Source: Chiloscyllium plagiosum
Lineage: Eukaryota
Reading direction: 5' to 3'
Length of the DNA stretch: 51,929 nucleotides
Assembly: GCF_004010195.1 (NCBI RefSeq)
Contig: NC_057718.1
Location: 18,197,728 to 18,249,656 of the forward strand
Part shown: piece after piece, positions 48,351-51,929 of the stretch
How the letters are laid out: the number at the start of each line of letters is the position of its first letter
How positions within the stretch are numbered: position 1 is the first letter of the stretch
Made by a program: the position numbers and the translations under genes
The notes under the pieces: model-generated
What the model was told of the DNA's origin: nothing
Databases searched by the model: none
The model's input: only the letters and a program-made list of their open reading frames with translations

Positions 48351-48494
48351 CCACTTTTAAACAGCAACTTACGATAGGTCTTCAAGCTGAAACATGATTG
48401 AACTCAATTTTAACACTACTAACTGAGTGAGAATAAACTGCTCCCCCTTGTTTCACTCTCAAATCAAAATTAGACTTCATTGAACTGAATGGGG

Positions 48495-48705
48495 AATAAA
48501 AGTCAAACATGTGGTGCTAGAAAAGCCCAGCCGGTCAGGCAGCATCTGAGGAGCAGGAGCATCAACATTTTGGGCATAACCCCTTCATTAGGAACCTGAA
48601 ACATCAATTCTCCTGCTCCTTGGATACTGCCTGACTTGCTGGGCATTTTCAGCGCCACACTTTTTAACTCTGACTCTCCAGCACCTCAAACCTCACTTTC
48701 TCAGA
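48495..48705. mobile_element. Fold-back Penelope-derived element
   Basis: Arms 'gtggtgctagaaaagcccagccggtcaggcagcatctgaggagcaggag' / 'ctcctgctccttggatactgcctgacttgctgggcattttcagcgccac'. Confidence 0.8.
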
Positions 48706-48904
48706 GTTGCTAAACTGAAAATAAAGTCAGTCAAATTCTAATATCGCAATCACATCCAATCATGCAAGCCTTTGATGAATGGATTATAATAAAATTGACT
48801 AGGCAAAAGTGACACCTTTGTTCTGCGTTGTGCTGCAGAGATGCTGCTTGATCTGTCGGGTTTTATATTATTTTCTGTGTTATTTTGTACCCATATGAAA
48901 AGAA

Positions 48905-49110
48905 AAGGCTTGCATTTACATAGTGAACAAAATGCTCAATTAGGTACTTTCAAGGTGTAGCCACTGTTGTCATGTAGGATGTGGGGCAACCATGTTGAAT
49001 ACAGCAAACTTCCATGAATGGTACACAATATGATGACCTGTTTTTGTGATGTTAATTGAGGGATAAATATTGGACAGGAGACCAGGGATAACTCCCTTGT
49101 TTTACTTCAA
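48905..49110 (-). mobile_element. DeuSINE/SacSINE1-like fragment
   Basis: 'cttgcatttacatag...aaggtgtagccactgttg...gagggataaatattggacaggagaccaggga'. Confidence 0.6.
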
Positions 49111-49124
49111 AATGTGGAGGGCCT

Positions 49125-49228
49125 GGTGTTGGACTGGGGGGGACAAAGTTAAAAATCACACAACACCAGGTTATAGTCCAACAGGTTTATTTGGAAGCAC
49201 TAGCTTTCAGAGTGCTGCTCCTTCATCC
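49125..49228 (-). mobile_element. Penelope-like terminal fragment with truncated hammerhead (family 4)
   Basis: Minus strand: GAUGA-A-GGAGc-agc-aCUCU-GAAAGCUA-gug, then 'aaataaacctgttggactataacctggtgttgtg'. Confidence 0.6.
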
Positions 49229-49284
49229 ATGTTTCAGTCAGGTTACCTATTGTTCTAAACTCTTAGAAATATGTTCGAAAAGTG

Positions 49285-50345
49285 TGGTGCAAAATGTAGT
49301 TGGGAATGTGATAGGTAGATGAAGGTGGGGAGTGATGGTGATAGGTTGGTGGGGACAGTGGAGTGGATAGCTGGCAAGAAAGCTGCACAGGTATGACAGT
49401 TCAAGAGGGCAGTGTCAAGTTGGAGGGTTGGATCTGGGTTGAGATGGGGGAAGGAAAGATGAGGAAACTGGTGAAATTGACATTGATGTGTGTGGTTGGA
49501 GGGTTCCCAAGGTGGCAGATGAGGCATTCTTACTCCAGGTGTTGGGTGGCTTGGATTTGGCAGTGGAGGAGTCCCAGGACTTGCATGTCCTTGGCAGAGT
49601 GGGAGGGGGAGTTGAAGTGATCAGCCACAGGGCAGTAGAGTTGTTTGGTGCTTGGGTCCCAAAGATGTTCTTGGAAACGTTCTGTGAGTTGGCATCCCCT
49701 CTCACCAATGTAGAGGAGACCACATCAAGAGCAACGGACACAGTGGATGAGGTGTTTGGATGTGCAGGAAAATCTTTGCTGGGTATGGAAGGATTCTTTG
49801 GGAACTTGGATGGAGGTGAGGGGGCAAGGTGTGGGTGCTGGTTTTATACCTCTTATGATGGCAAGGGAAGGTGCTGGGAGTAGAGAGTGGGTTGGTGGGG
49901 AACATGGACCGAAAGAGGGAGTCACAGAGGGAATGGTCTCTGCAGAATGTTGACAGAGGTCAGGAGGGAAATATATCTCTGGTGCTGAGGTCTGACTGTA
50001 GGTGGCAGAAATGGTGGAGGATGATATAATGTTGGTAGGGTGGAAGATGAGGACTGGGGTGTTCTATCCTTGTTGCGGTTGGAGAAGTGGGGTTCAAGGG
50101 TGGAGGTGCGGGAAGTGAAGATGTGCTGGGAGGCATTGTTGACCATGTGGGAGGGGAAATTACGGTGCTTGAAATAGGAAGCCATCCGGGATGTTCTGCA
50201 GTGGAATCACTCCTCCTGGGAGCAGATACGGCTGAAGCGGAGGAGGTGGGAGCAAAGGTTAGCATTTTTTCAGGAGGGGTGTGAGAGGAGGTATAGTCGA
50301 GGTAGCTGTGGGAGTCAGTGGGTTTGTAGAAGATGTCCATGTTGA
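49285..50345 (-). pseudogene. Penelope-like element ORF remnant: RT thumb, linker and GIY-YIG endonuclease, plus 3' pLTR
   Basis: 'DIFYKPTDSHSYLDYTSSH', 'QQRFSCTSKHLIHCVRCS*CGLLYIGE'; frameshifted. Confidence 0.9.
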
Positions 50346-50359
50346 ATCAGTTTTTAGCG

Positions 50360-50860
50360 ACTACCTCAATATGCAAGGACAAGGGCATGTAGGTCCTGGA
50401 CCTGCTCCACCCCCAAATCCTAATCACCTGATGCCTGGAGGAAAAACACCTCATCTTCCAACTTGGGACCCTCCAACCACACGGCATCAATATCGATTTC
50501 ATTTGTTTCCTCACCTCCTCTCCACCCACCTTATCTCAGTTCCAATCCTCCAACTTGGCACTGCCCTCTTGAACTGTCCTACTTGTCCATCTCCCTTCCC
50601 ACCTATCCGCTCTACTTTCCTCCCTGACCTCTTACCGTCACCCTCCACCTGCATCTACCTATCATCTTCTGAGCTATGTCCTCCCCCCAGCCTTGCTTTA
50701 CCTCTCAGCCCCCTTCCTACACTCTCTCCTATCATTCCTGATGAAGAACTTATGCCTGAAAAGTCGATTCTCCTCCTCAGGATGCTCTCTGACCTGCTGT
50801 GCCTTTAACAACACCACACTTTTTGACTCTGACCTTCAGCATCTGAAGCCCTCATTTTCT
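50360..50860 (+). mobile_element. Inverted pLTR of the Penelope element, with decayed hammerhead at 50738-50765
   Basis: 50385-50680 is the reverse complement of 49300-49595; 'ctgatgaagaacttatgcctgaaaagtc'. Confidence 0.85.
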
Positions 50861-51109
50861 GCTATCTTGGAAAAACAGTCTAATGTAGTCAGTCCCTCAC
50901 AAAATAAGCCTTTCCTCCCAGGAACTAGTGAAACTCTGTTGCCCTCCCTCCAGGATATGCCTTCTATTGGAGGCAGATCAAAACTACATGTCATACTCCA
51001 GGTTTCACCCACAGTATCTATGTGCCAGGCTGAAGGTAAGCATGCTCATGAATATGATCACAACTCTGGCACCTCCTGCAGAAAATAGCAAGAGAGTTCT
51101 CGCAGTGCC

Positions 51110-51260
51110 TTAGACAATCACTATCCCTAAAATGATCATCTTTCATACACACACAGGTCTGGCTAGTAACTTACCTCTTTGTGGAAGGTGCAAGCTGTGA
51201 CATTACAGCAGTAACTCCATTTCGAAAAGTACAATCATTTGGCTACAGGACAGTTAGAGA
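51110..51260 (+). mobile_element. DeuSINE-like fragment
   Basis: 'tttgtggaagg...cattacagcagtaactccatttcgaaaagtac...attggct'. Confidence 0.4.
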
Positions 51261-51602
51261 GACTAAGTTAGGCGCCATGTGGATGCAAGCTGTTTCTTCA
51301 AAAGTAAAAAGATTATTTCTTTAAGGCTTGGGCATGATAGGTCCATGCAGTAAAGCATTGGGCACAACGGACTCTCTCCTGCTTTCTGAGGGTAGCATTG
51401 CTGCCTCAGGACGCAGTCAGAAAAAAAATTCAACTTCTGCATCTCTCGAGCAGGAGGGAAGCAGGAGTGAAGACTAACTGTTTGAAGAAGAGCTTTGGTC
51501 TTCCCTGTTGCCAGTTTTTGCATTTGAAAGATTCCAAAGAGGGACTAGAAGTGAAAATGGATGGTGGCGTTTTGTTCACGTTTCTCGAATCCACACCTTA
51601 TT

Positions 51603-51929
51603 TAGAGTCAGAGAGTCATAGAGATGTACAGCATGGAAACAGACCCTTCGGTCCAACCCGTTCATGCCGACCAGATATCCCAACCCAATCTAGTTCCACG
51701 TACCAGCACCCGACCCATATCCCTCCAAACCCTTCCTATTCATATACCCATCCAAATGCCTCTTAAATGTTGCAATTGTACCAGCCTCCACCACATCCTC
51801 CGGCAGCTCATTCCATACATGTACCACCCTCTGCGTGAAAACGTTGCCCCTTAGGTCTCTTTTATATCTTTCCCTCTCACCCCAAACCTATGCCCTCCAG
51901 TTCTGGACTCCCCAACCCCATGGAAAAGA
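51603..51929 (-). mobile_element. HER1/CR1 LINE 3' end (cut by window end)
   Basis: Reverse complement of 4845-5160 at high identity. Confidence 0.92.

Noticed and set aside
1..51929. Host protein-coding genes among the listed ORFs
   Set aside because: All are short. The recognisable ones are CR1, Rex1, Gypsy or Penelope fragments or their antisense frames; no coherent exon chain or known host domain was seen.

Overview
Eukaryotic, repeat-dense non-coding DNA, almost certainly from a shark or ray: it carries HE1-type V-SINEs, HER1/CR1 LINEs and SacSINE1/DeuSINE-like fragments. I can support no host protein-coding exon; the ORFs I can interpret are sense or antisense pieces of decayed retroelements, and the rest look like chance frames. 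Contents: (1) many CR1/HER1 LINE 3' ends; (2) an old LINE with a tRNA-like head, split in two (1480-2205 and 5678-7615), plus SINEs built from its two ends; (3) Rex1/Babar LINE ends; (4) three decayed minus-strand Gypsy LTR retrotransposons and a solo LTR with a 5-bp TSD; (5) many Penelope-like element (PLE) pieces, including an RT/GIY-YIG remnant with an inverted pLTR and short fold-back derivatives. The PLE pieces carry minimal hammerhead-ribozyme motifs of at least four sequence families, all mutated here. Several repeat-free, AT-rich, homeodomain-site-rich islands look like conserved non-coding elements, which suggests a gene desert or large intron. Family names come from pattern recognition, not database searches, and boundaries are approximate unless a TSD is quoted.
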